DNA from: Klebsormidium nitens
Taxonomy: Eukaryota; Plantae; Klebsormidiophyceae
Assembly: GCA_000708835.1 (NCBI GenBank)
Contig: DF237054.1
Coordinates: 1-64,000, forward strand
DNA length: 64,000 nucleotides
Direction: 5' to 3'
Positions 24,901 to 36,933 of the stretch are shown in pieces. The translations under genes and the position numbers were made by a program. The first letter of the stretch is position 1, and each line of letters opens with the position of its first letter. The notes beneath the pieces are model-generated. The model did not search any database. It saw only the letters and a program-made list of their open reading frames with translations, and was not told the DNA's origin.

Positions 24901-27900
24901 CGATGATGTGCCGGGTGGGGGCGGCCGGGTTGATGTGAATAATCTCGCTCTCGGAGACGTAGCTGCGGAGCGTGGACGGAAATGCTGTTTTGAGAGCTTC
25001 CGCTTCATGTATGCGAAAGGATTGAAGTCGTTAGATTGAGCTGAACAGGTTGTGAGACAGCGACTGTGCAGTACTATAAGCGGTAGATAATTCCTTCACC
25101 AACACGTTCCTTCTGCAATGCTGAATAATGGGAACGTTGTTGCAGATCTGGCTTTCGCGGATCATGGTTCGCTTGCCGTGACATGTCGGGCTACAAACTC
25201 TGTAGCATTGAAAAAATCCTTGAGAAGACCGGGTGATGGAGACCAGGCCCTTCCAAGAAACACCAAAGTGGGCTCCCCACCGTAGGTCAGACTATCCGTC
25301 GGCTCGGTATTCTTCGGCACTTTCGAGCTCAGCCTGAGACGCAACCTTGACCGGTACTGTAGGTTACATTTCAGGCTCAGCTCGGCAAGAGCACTGGGCA
25401 GCCTTCGAAGCAACCTGACCTTTATGGGCACGTGTTCGCGTTTCGAACCGTCTTCACAAAGCCGTGATTAGTCACCTTGTAGGTACGCTCCGGTTGGCGT
25501 TCGTCTGCAGCACGATCACCGCCTGGGGGCTGGCGGCGTAGAGCGTCTCCCCCTCCAGGAGCAGCTCCTGGTCCATACCGGCTAAAGACAGTACGTACCT
25601 GGAGCACAAAATGTAGGGTTGCCGTTTAAACGGATTCTAGTCGGACTGGCACTCCATGCAATTTTTCTGGCGAAAGACCACTTTCAAACGGAATGCGATC
25701 GCTTTGGAAAGGTGCCTTTCCGAAGGCACCTGCCGAACGTGTGGATGTGTCTCGAAGCACTACATGCCGTCACCCGCCGCGGGTGCCCTTCCAACGTGAC
25801 GGCATCGAAGAGAGGCACTTGGCAATCAAATTCAACTTTTGAAAGAATTCGAGGGCGGAACGCGGGAAATGATGACGTGAACAACCCCAGGTTCTTCGAC
25901 CACTCTTGCACGCAGGAAATTCTTTTCAAGGAAAGCTCAAGTCTTATGATCTGACCCTTTGATTGAAAGTCCAGGATCATCGCATCAAAAGCCGCAACAT
26001 TAGCCCGTTGAATCTCTTCTTTGCGAGAGGAACGCTTCCAAGCAGCTCTCTGCCGACTGGACGCAAGCGAAAGCACTTCCAATCACCAAACGCCAAGAGA
26101 ACGCCGTTCAGACCGAAGCTAGATGCAGATGCTCATGCCTTTGACAGCCAGACAAGGGAACACCGCTTACACTGGCACCACCCTGGTTCCTCGGGACGGC
26201 CCCCGGCTCTTCTGCGCCAGCCTCCGCCTCTCCCCCGGTTGCTTCTTCCCGCCGGGCTTGCCGTCGCGCTTAGGAGGCTCCTCCCGCGCAGAGCCGTCGT
26301 CTGCAGCGTCCGTGGTCTGCAGGTGTGAAGGAGAAGCAAAAACCTTACAACATTGCGGGAAGTAGTTCAGCGGAGATTGAGCGGGGTAAGATAGGACATT
26401 TGCAAAAGTCCGAGCACGAAAGGCCGGTTCTTATGGCCGAAATCTATGCCGACTCCATGCGAAACGCTTCGAACTACCCTCGTCCGAGCCATTCCTTCGT
26501 TTTGAGCTTGGGATTGCGACTTTGTCGAGTTCGTCGAATTGGTAGCACCCCTTGACGACCAATCTTCAAACTGCAAGTTCCCTTCCTCTCGCCTCTTAGA
26601 ACCATCGCGCTTATGCCTGATTTGCTGGGGTTAGAATCATCCACTTTCAGAGAGAATGACAATGGCAAAAGCGATACCACCAAATTGGTGATCTCCCTCA
26701 TCTCTTACAGGTGGCCCAAGAACCATCTAGAAGGATCATCTACCAAAGACTTCAGAGGGGCCCCCTATTGATCACGGCAGCAATCAGCTTGAATGTCGAG
26801 CATTCCCAAACGCTATTCAGAGAACGACTGAACACCCTCTTGCTAACTATACACCGAGGCATTGACACCCAAAGACTCCCGGTGCCTCTGAAAAATCTTT
26901 GCAGAGCTCGTAGGCTTGCTCGCAACCGAGCATTTCATGCACTTCTCAAAAGCTCAATGTGCAGATTCTCATGTGTGAACAACTCATTGTCACTCACCAG
27001 AGCAAGGTGTATGTGGGCGCTAAGAAATGTCAAAGGCGAGCTGTCAAGGGCGTTCCATACCGGCTGGTCAAAGAACGACTTCGCCACGTCCGGATGCGCC
27101 ACCTCCAGCATCCCCGCTGCAAGGACGTCCGCAGTGTGCCGCATCTCCTCGATAAGCACCGCCCCGTCAACATACGTTTTCGAAACGATAGTGTGCTGGC
27201 GGTTGTCGGGACTGGGCACGTGCACGGAGGCGCCCCGGGTCGCCTTGGCGAGAGCCACCGCCAGCTGGCCGTGCTCGTGTAGTGAGTGGACCGCGCCGAC
27301 GACCACGACTTCCTGGTTGGGTTGAGCGAGGCGTTTGATCTGCGGGTTAAGAGAGGGTTTAGCAACTTCTTGACGATTAGAAAGTGGGGTTATCAACGAA
27401 CTAATCATACCAAAGAAGGGATGGCCAGCTGGCCGTGCTCGTGTAGTGTGTGAACGGCGCCCACGAGGACGACTTCTTGATAGGGCTGGGCCAGGCGCTT
27501 GATCTGCGGGTTAAGGGCGGGTCAGAGGTAGGGTTAGGAAGGGTTAAGATGGGACGTTATGATTGAATGCAAAAATTGCAGGCGGAACGGCCAGCTGGCA
27601 CTGCTTGTGCAAGAATTTTATGGCACCCACGACCCCAACCTCTTGGTTGGATTGAGCGAGGCGTTCGATCTGCGGGTTAAGGGTAGGTTTAGCAAGTCTT
27701 CAAAGATAAGAGTGGGGTCTTTCAAAGATTGGACCACAGAGGGGATGGCCAGCTGACCGTGCTCATAAACGAAAGGACGGCGTCCACTTTACGACTTCTT
27801 ATTCGGCGGGGCCAAACGCTTATCCGGGGTTAAAGAAAGGGGTACAGCTCGGTTGAACAGGGATGAATTTTTTTAAAAGATCCAGAAGGGATTGAGACGA

Positions 27901-30900
27901 AGGGGAACACAAGTTGACCTCGTTTGTGGAACAAGTCGACTGTGTCCCTGCCATTGTTTGCGTCAGGCCCCAGGCGTTCGACCTGAGGTCGAGTTTGAGT
28001 ACCTAGGGCTTGATCCTCATTTAATGAAGGCGGCGTTGCAAGTGGAAACAGACGCGCTTCCAGCAAAGACCAAACGCACTGCTTCCAACGCTGACACACG
28101 GTTGAAAGGCAAGCGAATCTTGAAGTCAGGGGTACCCTTTCGCACTGGCCTTGCTAGACTCCTCAAGAAAGCCCCACTCCCATCCGGTGGAAGAGTCGGA
28201 TTTGGACGGATTGGTGCCATCACTAGAGTAGTCTGATGGCTGAAATAAAGGCAGTAAGCTCCTTGCAACCATTGACCAGCAAACAGGTGCTGTGCTAGAC
28301 ACCGAGACATGCTATCAAAATGCCAGCGGCTTGTAAAGAGGGTTCATACACAAACGTGTTCCACTCATGAAGACCAGGTTGAGAGAAGAACTGATCTTGG
28401 ATCAAAGGCACAAGACAGACAGAAAGAAGTTAGGGCCTTGTCTTGCCCCAGAAACACTGTTCTTGGTTCACACCCTGCATGAGGGGGAGTGCTCAAGTCA
28501 CCCGCTACTTTCCATGCTCTTTAAAGCGGCGTCAAGCTTGAAAGCGACAATGAGCTGGCGCACAGGCAGCCAGAGCCCGAACCTTATCCTTGCCGACTGA
28601 GCAGAAGGGACGTCTGGACGAATATAAAAAAATCTCAGTCCGAGCCTGAACCGCGAGAATACTTCAGGCAATCGATTTGGCACATGTGGCAAACCACTGG
28701 TGGTCACTTCTAACCGCTTTCCGTGTGTAGATACTTGTGGCCCAGCGTTCCAGCTCCGAGGAAGCCCTCCGACCAACCTCTCAATTGAAAGCTAAGAGAA
28801 GATCGTACGAGACGCCAAAAACGAAATCTTAGATCTATCTATGAAAGGAAGCGTCATGCTGCAGATTCTGAGCCTTGAGGCGCCGAAGGAGGTGCCCCGC
28901 AACTAATTCCGCATCATCGCTATTTGATTCTAACAAGTACAGAGCAAAGCAGCAAGCAGCCAAGGACATCCACCGACATCGAAAGAAAGACGGCGTTCTC
29001 GCTTGAGAGTGAGCGTACAGCTGCACATTGGCACCTCCGAAAGCACAAGCGCCCGCGCTCAAACTGAGGGGTCCGTGACCCCCATCATGCTAGCAATTGT
29101 CGTGGAAAGCATTGCGGGACCTTACCATGAGCATTACACTAGGACGCCTCATATAGCTCGCAATCTTATAGTGGCGATACTTGTAGATTCATTTGGAAGC
29201 GTAACCATAGGTCACCGGGTACCTTCTGATTTACTCAAGACAACTTGACACTGACAACAGAAGATGATGACTCCACGACTTGAGTTTTCGGTTGATGATC
29301 CGATCGCGCTTAAGAGACCTTGAAGATATTAACAGAACCACAATCTCAGGCTTTTGAGTAAAGACAATGGAGCGGCGCTTTCCAAGCCCGAAGCTTTCAA
29401 ACTGAGGCCCAAGAAAAACACAGGGACCAACGAAATCACAGGGATCGTAGTTTCCAATCCTATAGAGCGGCGTCAAAAGCGTGGGATTGTAGCTGAGTGA
29501 GGCGTTCCGATGGAAACGCCCCGTTCATGATCATCATTGCCGCGTCAGCACATTTTACAAGATGTGAGGGTTGATCGAATTCCGCCAGAATGTAAAGTAT
29601 CAAGCAGCTGATTGACTGGTGCGTCATGCCTTAAAGCTGCCAGGCCAAGTCTTGCGGAGTCAACAACTATTACGAAGGTAGCTGCGTCCCCCCTCAATCA
29701 ACCACCGTGGCATTCGGAGGACCTATTGCTCATGGTCCCTGCTGTCGAAAGCGGGAACGGGTTTGGTACAAGCTTAGAACATCATTGCCACGCTCCAAGC
29801 GTAAACACTTAGCCGAAATCCAAAAGGCCAGCGCTTGAGAACCCTTCCAAGCGTTTATTTGATCTGGTGGGACGTCGACCATCCGCAATCAGAAAGCGTG
29901 AAGGCAGCGAGTCTTACACTGCACTCGACTGGCCATACCAGAATGGGTTCAGTATAATCAAAGGTAGAAATGAAGCTCATCAGATTCGACGCAGGGAGGC
30001 CTCGGTATTGTTCCTCGTCGACTTGATGGGCACGGTGCATGCGGAGGCTTCTTGTTTCTAGCATTTCAAGAATCCTCTCTCACATTCGAGGGGACAAGGC
30101 TCACAGACAAGACGGACACTTCCACCCTCAATTCGCTCCAGCTTCAGCCAGCAGTCATGATTCCGTCGAGGCGCTTCGAGTAAAACGACCTCAATCCTGC
30201 TGCGCATCTTAGCCTTTCAAACAAACAGCCCAGGATTGCAAATACAGTTTGAGTGGGGTGCAAGGCTTCCACGCAAGCCCAGAACTGAAAACGACGTATA
30301 GCATATTCCCATGCAGGACCTAAAGACTTAGCAGCGCACTCAGTGACTGCAAAGATGGAAGCAAAAGGGGATGGTCCGAGACGTTGCTTATTCTGCTTTG
30401 GATGACCCGTGCAGATCCTGACGACATGACTCGTGATTCGGTCCGAAACAAACAAAGCACTTTGGACGAACTGGCAAGCCTTCAGCAGCTTCAAAGTTAC
30501 ACGGAGACATGTGAGGCGCAAACGGGCGCTCCAAGATCTTTCTTGTCTCATTGCCACTTTAAGTTGCAAATCACTTTCAAAAAGCGCTCGTAGTCCGACG
30601 CTCATACTACGGTCGTCTGACGTCGCCCGCCCCTCCTTAGGCTCAGCTTCGAACGTGTGTGGTCATGGCATGCAAAATCGACATTGGAAAATCCTGGATC
30701 TTGGTTCAGATGTCTCGAGGCCTTAGCTCGGACTCTCCTTTCGAGACGTCTGAACTTCTGAAGTAGGACTCTTCACCACAGACGTGCGCTGGAGAAACTG
30801 TGTCACACCAGTGGCCATTGAGGACCACTTCGTATGAAGATCGAGTGGAAATCCCTGGAAGTGACTATGAAACTTTAGCGGGTGTGGTTAAATCAGGGTC

Positions 30901-33900
30901 ACAAACGTGTATGGTCGCGGAGTCGACTTTCTACTCAATGGAGGAGAAAACCGAGATATCAGAGGCGCGCGCACCGTCTGGATGGATTGCGACTGTGCGC
31001 AACCCTCTGAAATTTTGGCCAGGACTTTCGGACAAGAGGGACGCAGCCACCGTAGGTTTTCCCAGCATCAGCTAGCAAATGGGTATCTATGAGGCGCTAC
31101 GCCTGAAGCGACGGAAAAGCCCAGAAACGCAAAACACGACCTGATCGGCAACACGAAGAGTGCACCCAACCGATAACCAGCGAACCTCAAGCGACTGAAC
31201 ATGGCCCAAAGTAGACCAGTCGTCGCAACATGCAAAGATTACAAAAAGGCAGCTCGATCCAGGTCTTGAAAAGCAAGCATTCCTTCGGTAGAAGTGACTC
31301 AAAGCATTGCGAGTGTCCTAGTCTGAGGCGCAGATGGGCACGCTTCAGGACCTTTTGAGGTTTTATAGCCACTTTTGAGGTGCACATGAAACAGAAAAGG
31401 CGGGCATCGCAGCCCGCTCATACATTTGCGGCCCTTTCCGGCCACCGACCTTTCATTATGAGCTCCAATCGTTTGGATGTTAATGACGGTGCATGATATC
31501 CCCGGCCCATTTACGGTTTACGGCCCATACGGCTCTTTCTCGAAAGCAAAGAAATTCAGTACACACTCGTAGAACCCAGCGCAGATCGTTGTGGTTCTGT
31601 GCAACACCCTCAGAATACCGCTGCGAAGCCAAGCTGAGCAGCGGGTATTATCCAACCCGGGGTCGAAGACAAGAAGACCAAACGAGAAGGATGCGCAGGC
31701 GCGCCTCTTCTGATCAACGTATTGATCCCATCACTTTTGTAGAGCTGTGATCGAAGTCTTGGCGTTGCTTAGGGCTGTTGCATTTTCGACAAGATAGTCA
31801 GTGGCGGCCAGTGAAAATCTACAGAATGGAACAAGAGCTGAACGGTCTGTTGAGCAAGTCCGGCATGCTCACCTCGGTTTCCATCCGGTGCAGGTCAATC
31901 GCCTCGGGCCCCTGGACGAAGGGGTTGAAGAGCGCGTGGTTGCGCAGGACGATGATCGGGACCAGCACCCGTTCCGCCGAGTCCAGGGTCTCGAATCTGG
32001 GAGGATCCAAGCAATTCAAGACTTTGGTAAGCCTCATCGATTGCAGGCTTCGTAGACCTTTGACGCCTTAGGATCTGTTGGGTGCAGGCAAAAAGCCCAG
32101 ACGAGGAAGGAATATAAGTGACCAATCGACCAATTGGTCGAAGGCGGACACAGAAAACAGGGAAGGGGACGATGTGGTCCTTTTTCGCCCACCTGATGTC
32201 GGGTGCAATGAGGTGCTGCACCGCTGACATCACGAGCGTCGACAGCTGTCCCCGGAACTTGGTCCGCCGCACCTTCTCCGTTTCTTCTCTCCCGAGCGCT
32301 GTCTTCCACCGGGGGATGATTACCCGCCGCAACCGGGGCAGTGTGAACGGGCCGATCACGCCCTCGGGGGCGCTGATCCGGCCGTAAGAGCAGGGGCCGG
32401 CGGAAATGTCGGCCACTGCGTACCTGCGTAATTACACAAGGAACGGAGGTGCGTAATTACACCAAGGATGCGATAGGTGTCTCAGCAACCGTTCAGCTCG
32501 CGAAGATTGTCTGCATCAAGTTGTATATGCGTCTTTGCAGCGGGCAAAGGAGGTGTGACGTCAGTCACAAAATTCAAAGACTTCGTAAGCCCTGAGAACC
32601 TTGGATGAGGAAGACGAGATGGATCCGGGCACCGTTTTTGGCGATCCCGCTGCTAGGAAGAACTTCCAGGGTTTGATCGAAGCACGACCCGAAGTGGTCA
32701 CCAGAAGTCGATACGAATCCACTAGGTATAGTCCGATAACAATCTCGCCTACTTGCCAGTTGCTTTTCAAGGCCCGCTCAGCACGCCGCTCAGGTTGCCC
32801 GAGAATTGAGGTTGGGTGTTGCTTCAGCAAGGCAGCCACTGAACGAAGCTCGTGCGGAAGCGGATACGAAGCAGGAACCCTGCATTGAAGTCTTTCTGGA
32901 CGTTCATTTACATTTGTTGGAATCCCGCTTCGCTTCTCAAGAGTCGATTAATCATTGAAAATGGTTTGTCTCGCGTCAGGCGTCTTCTCACCTGCCAGCT
33001 CCGAGCCAGGCTGACGTTAGCCCGCTGTTCATGTAGCGGTACCGATACAAGAAGCCGCCGTCGTTAAGCGGAACCCCGCCCGACATGGGCGGAGGAACCG
33101 CCGTATCGTTGGGGTTCATCTTCATCTGCAAACCGACAGCGGGAGTTTTTACAAAAGAAGCGACTAAAATCCTGGATCATGGGGGCTTGTCAATTCTACT
33201 GCAGGGGCGGCAGTAGGACCTCAAATTTTCGCTGTTCTTTTGGTCGTTACATCTCTAGATGTGGATTTTGGTGGCTGTTTGCACCAGCGAGACCAAAAGC
33301 AGCGGTGTCGAGCCTCGTGCTTGTGCTTTCTTCTTCAAGCCTCGCCGTGCAAGATAACGAAAGCTTGAACATAGGGACGAACCCGCCGTCATTGAGCCTG
33401 TCGCAAAACACCAACTTACGGTAGCTTACACAACGATATGGACAGCAATTCCCTCGACTTTTCAAGCCACCTTTCACTTCTGTATCTGTATCAACAAAGT
33501 GGCTGCGAACACACCTTGTCAAAGTTCGCAATGAAGATGACTGCGGGCCCCGGGTTCCCGCCTTCTTGCGATTGGGTCAGCTTTTGGCCAAAGTAGGACT
33601 TGTAGATGACGTCGAAGCGCTTTTCGACCGCAGTGGTGTTAAGCTCGTATGTGGGCAGCTCCTGCGGGAAAAGAGGGACGAGGTTGACAACTGCTGGAGA
33701 CGCATCATCCCGTTCCTACCAGAAATGCTTTCTATGTCTTTCTTAGGTGCAAGCAAGGCGTTGTCCCTTTGCCAAGCGCGCTTCTACAGGATGCTCCGCT
33801 CTTTCATGGGGCTTGTGAAGGAGGTCTCAAGCTTGAAAGGAGGTGCAAGAGGTAGAGGGAAGGAGACTTTCCGAGTCATTTTTTGTCGAGACCTTCCCAC

Positions 33901-36021
33901 TTTGCAGACCACCAGCATCTCTTACAATCGAACGTGCACAGATTCACGTCGGACAACCGTTTTACAGAAGCGAACATTCAGAATTGAAGCGTGTGCTTAC
34001 AGAGCAACAGAAATCTTCCACATCAATTGCGGTTAGTCGTCAGAAAAACTGAACGGACAATGAGCCAGAAACAGAGTGCTGACGTAAAGACCACTGCTGA
34101 GCTTCTTCCAATATGAAGCAAGTGGAGGTAACAGGGGTCACATGTATACTCAAACCCATTAAGAAAGTTGCTTGTGTCTTCATCCTTCCGGATGAGTTAT
34201 ACTCAAACCATCGAGATAGTTGCTTGTGTCTTGATTATCCCAAATAAAATTATAACGGCTATCGAGCACTAACATGAGAATTTCGAGGTCCACAGGAACG
34301 ATGACGAGCCTTGACCCTTCCAGATTCTCTCTAGGTGGTCATTCTGGGGATATCAACGATGGCCTGAGCCTTCCTTTCCCTCACGTATCACGAAATAGAG
34401 GGCATGGTCAGTACTCACCATGTATACATCCGGGTCGAGCTCCTTTCCAGTCAGCACAAGGGAGGCCCTGATGGTGTTCTGAAGTGAGGTGACTAGATTG
34501 GGAGAGACCTGCACACAGAAAAGCAGGTAATCCTCCAGCTACGTCTAGATTTGTGTCCTCAAAGCAGTGAGTGTATTGCATCACATGATTCGGGGCTGTT
34601 GTCGATGAAAGACAATCAAATCTGTAGAATCGACTGAGCCTTTCTAATCACTCTAAACCATATTATCGCTGAACCATGTGACCCGTAGCTCCATGAAGTT
34701 CAGTCTGCTGCCATTGATGGTAGAGTTATAGTACTCTCCAGCATTTGAAAACCAAGGCCTGCATGTCGCGCAGCTGACGAGAAGACTAATTGCGGGCTGA
34801 CCACAAACGCTTGTTGGTTACTTCGTTGAGGAGATATGCAAGCCTCAAAACAATGAGATCTGCGACTCACATGGAACACGGTGTACTTGAGTTGGTAACT
34901 GATCTCCAGTGGTTGGCCGGTTTCCAAGCATGATGGTCGGTGCTCAGGCAAACTCTTTGTGAAGAAGTCGGACAGCTCCTTCTCATCAATCTGGAAGTTG
35001 TATGCCCCATCGCCGTTGAAACCGAGGAGGGCCACATTGATCTCAAGAGGCACCTTCAGAGACTGGAGATTAGAGGGGACTCGCTATTAGTGACACCAAA
35101 GAGAACAATCTCTGATTCGTCGGGAAGGCGCTTCAAGGGGAGTGGCTTCAGTCTGAGTAATTTGGCGGTAGCTGGACTGAAGTGAGGAAGGCCGGAGAAA
35201 GCAAATGGGGTGAGACCGTTTCGTGAACACTAAAGACCATGCATCGTACATGCTGAGCAAAACTGGCTGCTCTAAACAATAGCAAAAGAACCTCCGGCTG
35301 CCCAGAGAAAGACCGCGTTTGTTGCTTTTCCGACAGGTGTTGTTCGAAGACCTCTTCAAGACAAGGACATTTTACGCATGGCTTGAATGTCAGCCGTGCA
35401 TGAGAGCCTTGCACGGCTGAGAGTCTGCTCACAGTGATGAGGCTTTTGACATTGAAGGCTACGATCGGTCTCAAGGTCCACCAGCTTTTCGCTAGAGACT
35501 GGTTCCGGCACCATCTTTGTATCGTTTTGATCTGTTTGGGTACTTGTTTACTTTGTTTCCTGTGCCCCAGGACACTGAGAATATCACCACTTTGAATATC
35601 AGTCACAAAACATGCATGACAGATTGTGGCAGCGTCCGTTTGCCCTCCCCCACCGGCTCAAGCTCACGCTGAGACAGTATCACACAATGATCGAAAGGAT
35701 CTTTATGAAATCTCCCAGCCGGATATAAGATCTTGCCATCAGATATGACCAAGAGGACAAAGAAGCACGCTTGGTTGATGCCCTCTAGTTCAAACATAAG
35801 GTCGCTTAAAAGATACGGATACCCACCTCCTGCCTCTTTGTCAGCAGTGTGTGCGCCGATTGCTCCACATCTGGCCGCAGCTGGTCGTACACTTCATGCT
35901 GAATGCGCCCAAAGTTATTCTGCCTCTCTAGCTTTGCTGCACCCTGAGCAGCTATAAGTTCTGACAGCATAAGCAGCACCACCAGAGCGCTTATCGCCTG
36001 GTGGCAAATTGCAAATGCCAT
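21958..36021 (-). CDS. Conserved plant uncharacterized signal-peptide/C-terminal-TM protein (At5g58100-like, recalled from memory); 14 exons; one frameshift in exon 11
   Basis: Exons 36021-35827, 35062-34871, 34508-34419, 33661-33515, 33125-32992, 32423-32193, 31996-31873, 27339-27061, 26316-26171, 25598-25476, 24962-24687, 23732-23550, 22771-22673, 22137-21958. All have GT-AG boundaries and compatible phases except exon 11. Motifs VPLEINVALLGFNGDG, HRPSCLETG, YRYRY, DISAGPCSYG, RVLVPIIVL, KTYVDGAVL, GTRVVPV, WMWANGHHPFGPFSN, FANEYLRTPFG and the terminal CCK...LYAGILAAGLLVYFVVIFFSTPQR. Confidence 0.9.
23790..24330 (-). repeat. Four decayed ~150-bp tandem copies of 'acceptor + head of exon 12' upstream of the real exon (23732-23550)
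   Basis: Copies begin after CAG/CGG at about 23882, 24036, 24184 and 24315. They translate as AIKDFANEYLRTPFGRNMS, AIEEFANAYLRSPFGANVS, AIEEFANEYLRTPLSTNVS and a frameshifted AI-EEFANEFLRTLFGGNVS. Confidence 0.92.
27411..27840 (-). repeat. Three ~160-bp tandem copies of 'acceptor + head of exon 8' upstream of the real exon (27339-27061)
   Basis: Each of the two nearer copies has CCCTTAACCCGCAG|ATC... They translate as IKRLAQPYQEVVLVGAVHTLHEHGQLA (27503-) and IERLAQSNQEVGVVGAIKFLHKQCQLA (~27668-). The third, more decayed copy (~27820) has lost its AG. Confidence 0.92.
34145..34232. repeat. Intronic ~53-bp period direct duplication
   Basis: TATACTCAAACC...AGTTGCTTGTGTCTT occurs at 34145 and 34198. 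Confidence 0.8.
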
Positions 36022-36933
36022 GATCTTCAAGGTGTTATGCTGACCAAGAGCTTTCGACCATGCTTTCTGTGGGGACTTTAAGAGAACGAGAATTTGTCTT
36101 ACTTTGCAGGTCTACTACCACCCCTCAGCAATTCATGATGCTCTTTCCAGATTGTAGAATGCGTTCTTCTGACCAAAGTTCAAAGACGTGCACCACATCA
36201 ACAAAGTATTTGCACTTCCCCAAGGAACCTCGAATCGAAGTGTATTTGCGCTGTCATTTGACAACTTCTGGTTGGAAGCTAGCATTTCATGAGCCCTTGC
36301 ACTGTCCATGATCGCAACTTTCTCCGCATTCTGGCAGGGCCCCTCAAAGGTCTTTTTGGATCAGCTGCATGACCGTCGAATGATTCCTGGGTGGTGCTAT
36401 CTGGTGGTACCACAAGTTTTTAAAGAACGAAGAATGAAGAAACGATGGAAGCCCCAATGGGGGCGCTGGGGTGCGCTGGGGGGCGCTCAACTGCGTAAAA
36501 GGTGTCGTGGAATTGTAATTGCGTTTGCCAAGCAATCGGAGCGTTGCGTAAAACTGTTCATGACTTTATAAGCGGGCGGTATTCAAGTGAATATATCAGT
36601 GCTCAGTTGCTTCAAAAAGATCCTCCTGCTTCTAGAAACATCCCGGCGGCTGAAGATACCGATTTTATGTTGCATTGACTGCCGAAGCCATCTTCAAATC
36701 TGTGCGCGACAATTTTGTTACCAAGATTCATAAAAAGAAGCGTTTCATGCATTGAGAATGAGATGCACACAACGAGCAGCAAACACTAAAGTCTAGCGCA
36801 GGTTTCAACGTAGCGCTTGTTCATTGTTAACTCTTGACTGAGCTGCTGCGAGCATCCAGGACCAAAGTTGTCTTTCGCACTTCTCAGAGCTTTCCCTGTT
36901 GGTAGATCTCTGGCAACAGTAGAATCTATTCCA

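Noticed and set aside
27515-27550. GGGTTAG/GGGTTAA telomere-like motifs
   Set aside because: They are the pyrimidine-rich acceptor tails (CCCTTAACCC) of the minus-strand echo units, not a telomeric tract.
27892-28236. EFEYLGL...QVETDA resembling DIRS/Gypsy RT-RNase H motifs
   Set aside because: The two motifs are too close together for that architecture and there is no upstream YxDD; insufficient evidence.
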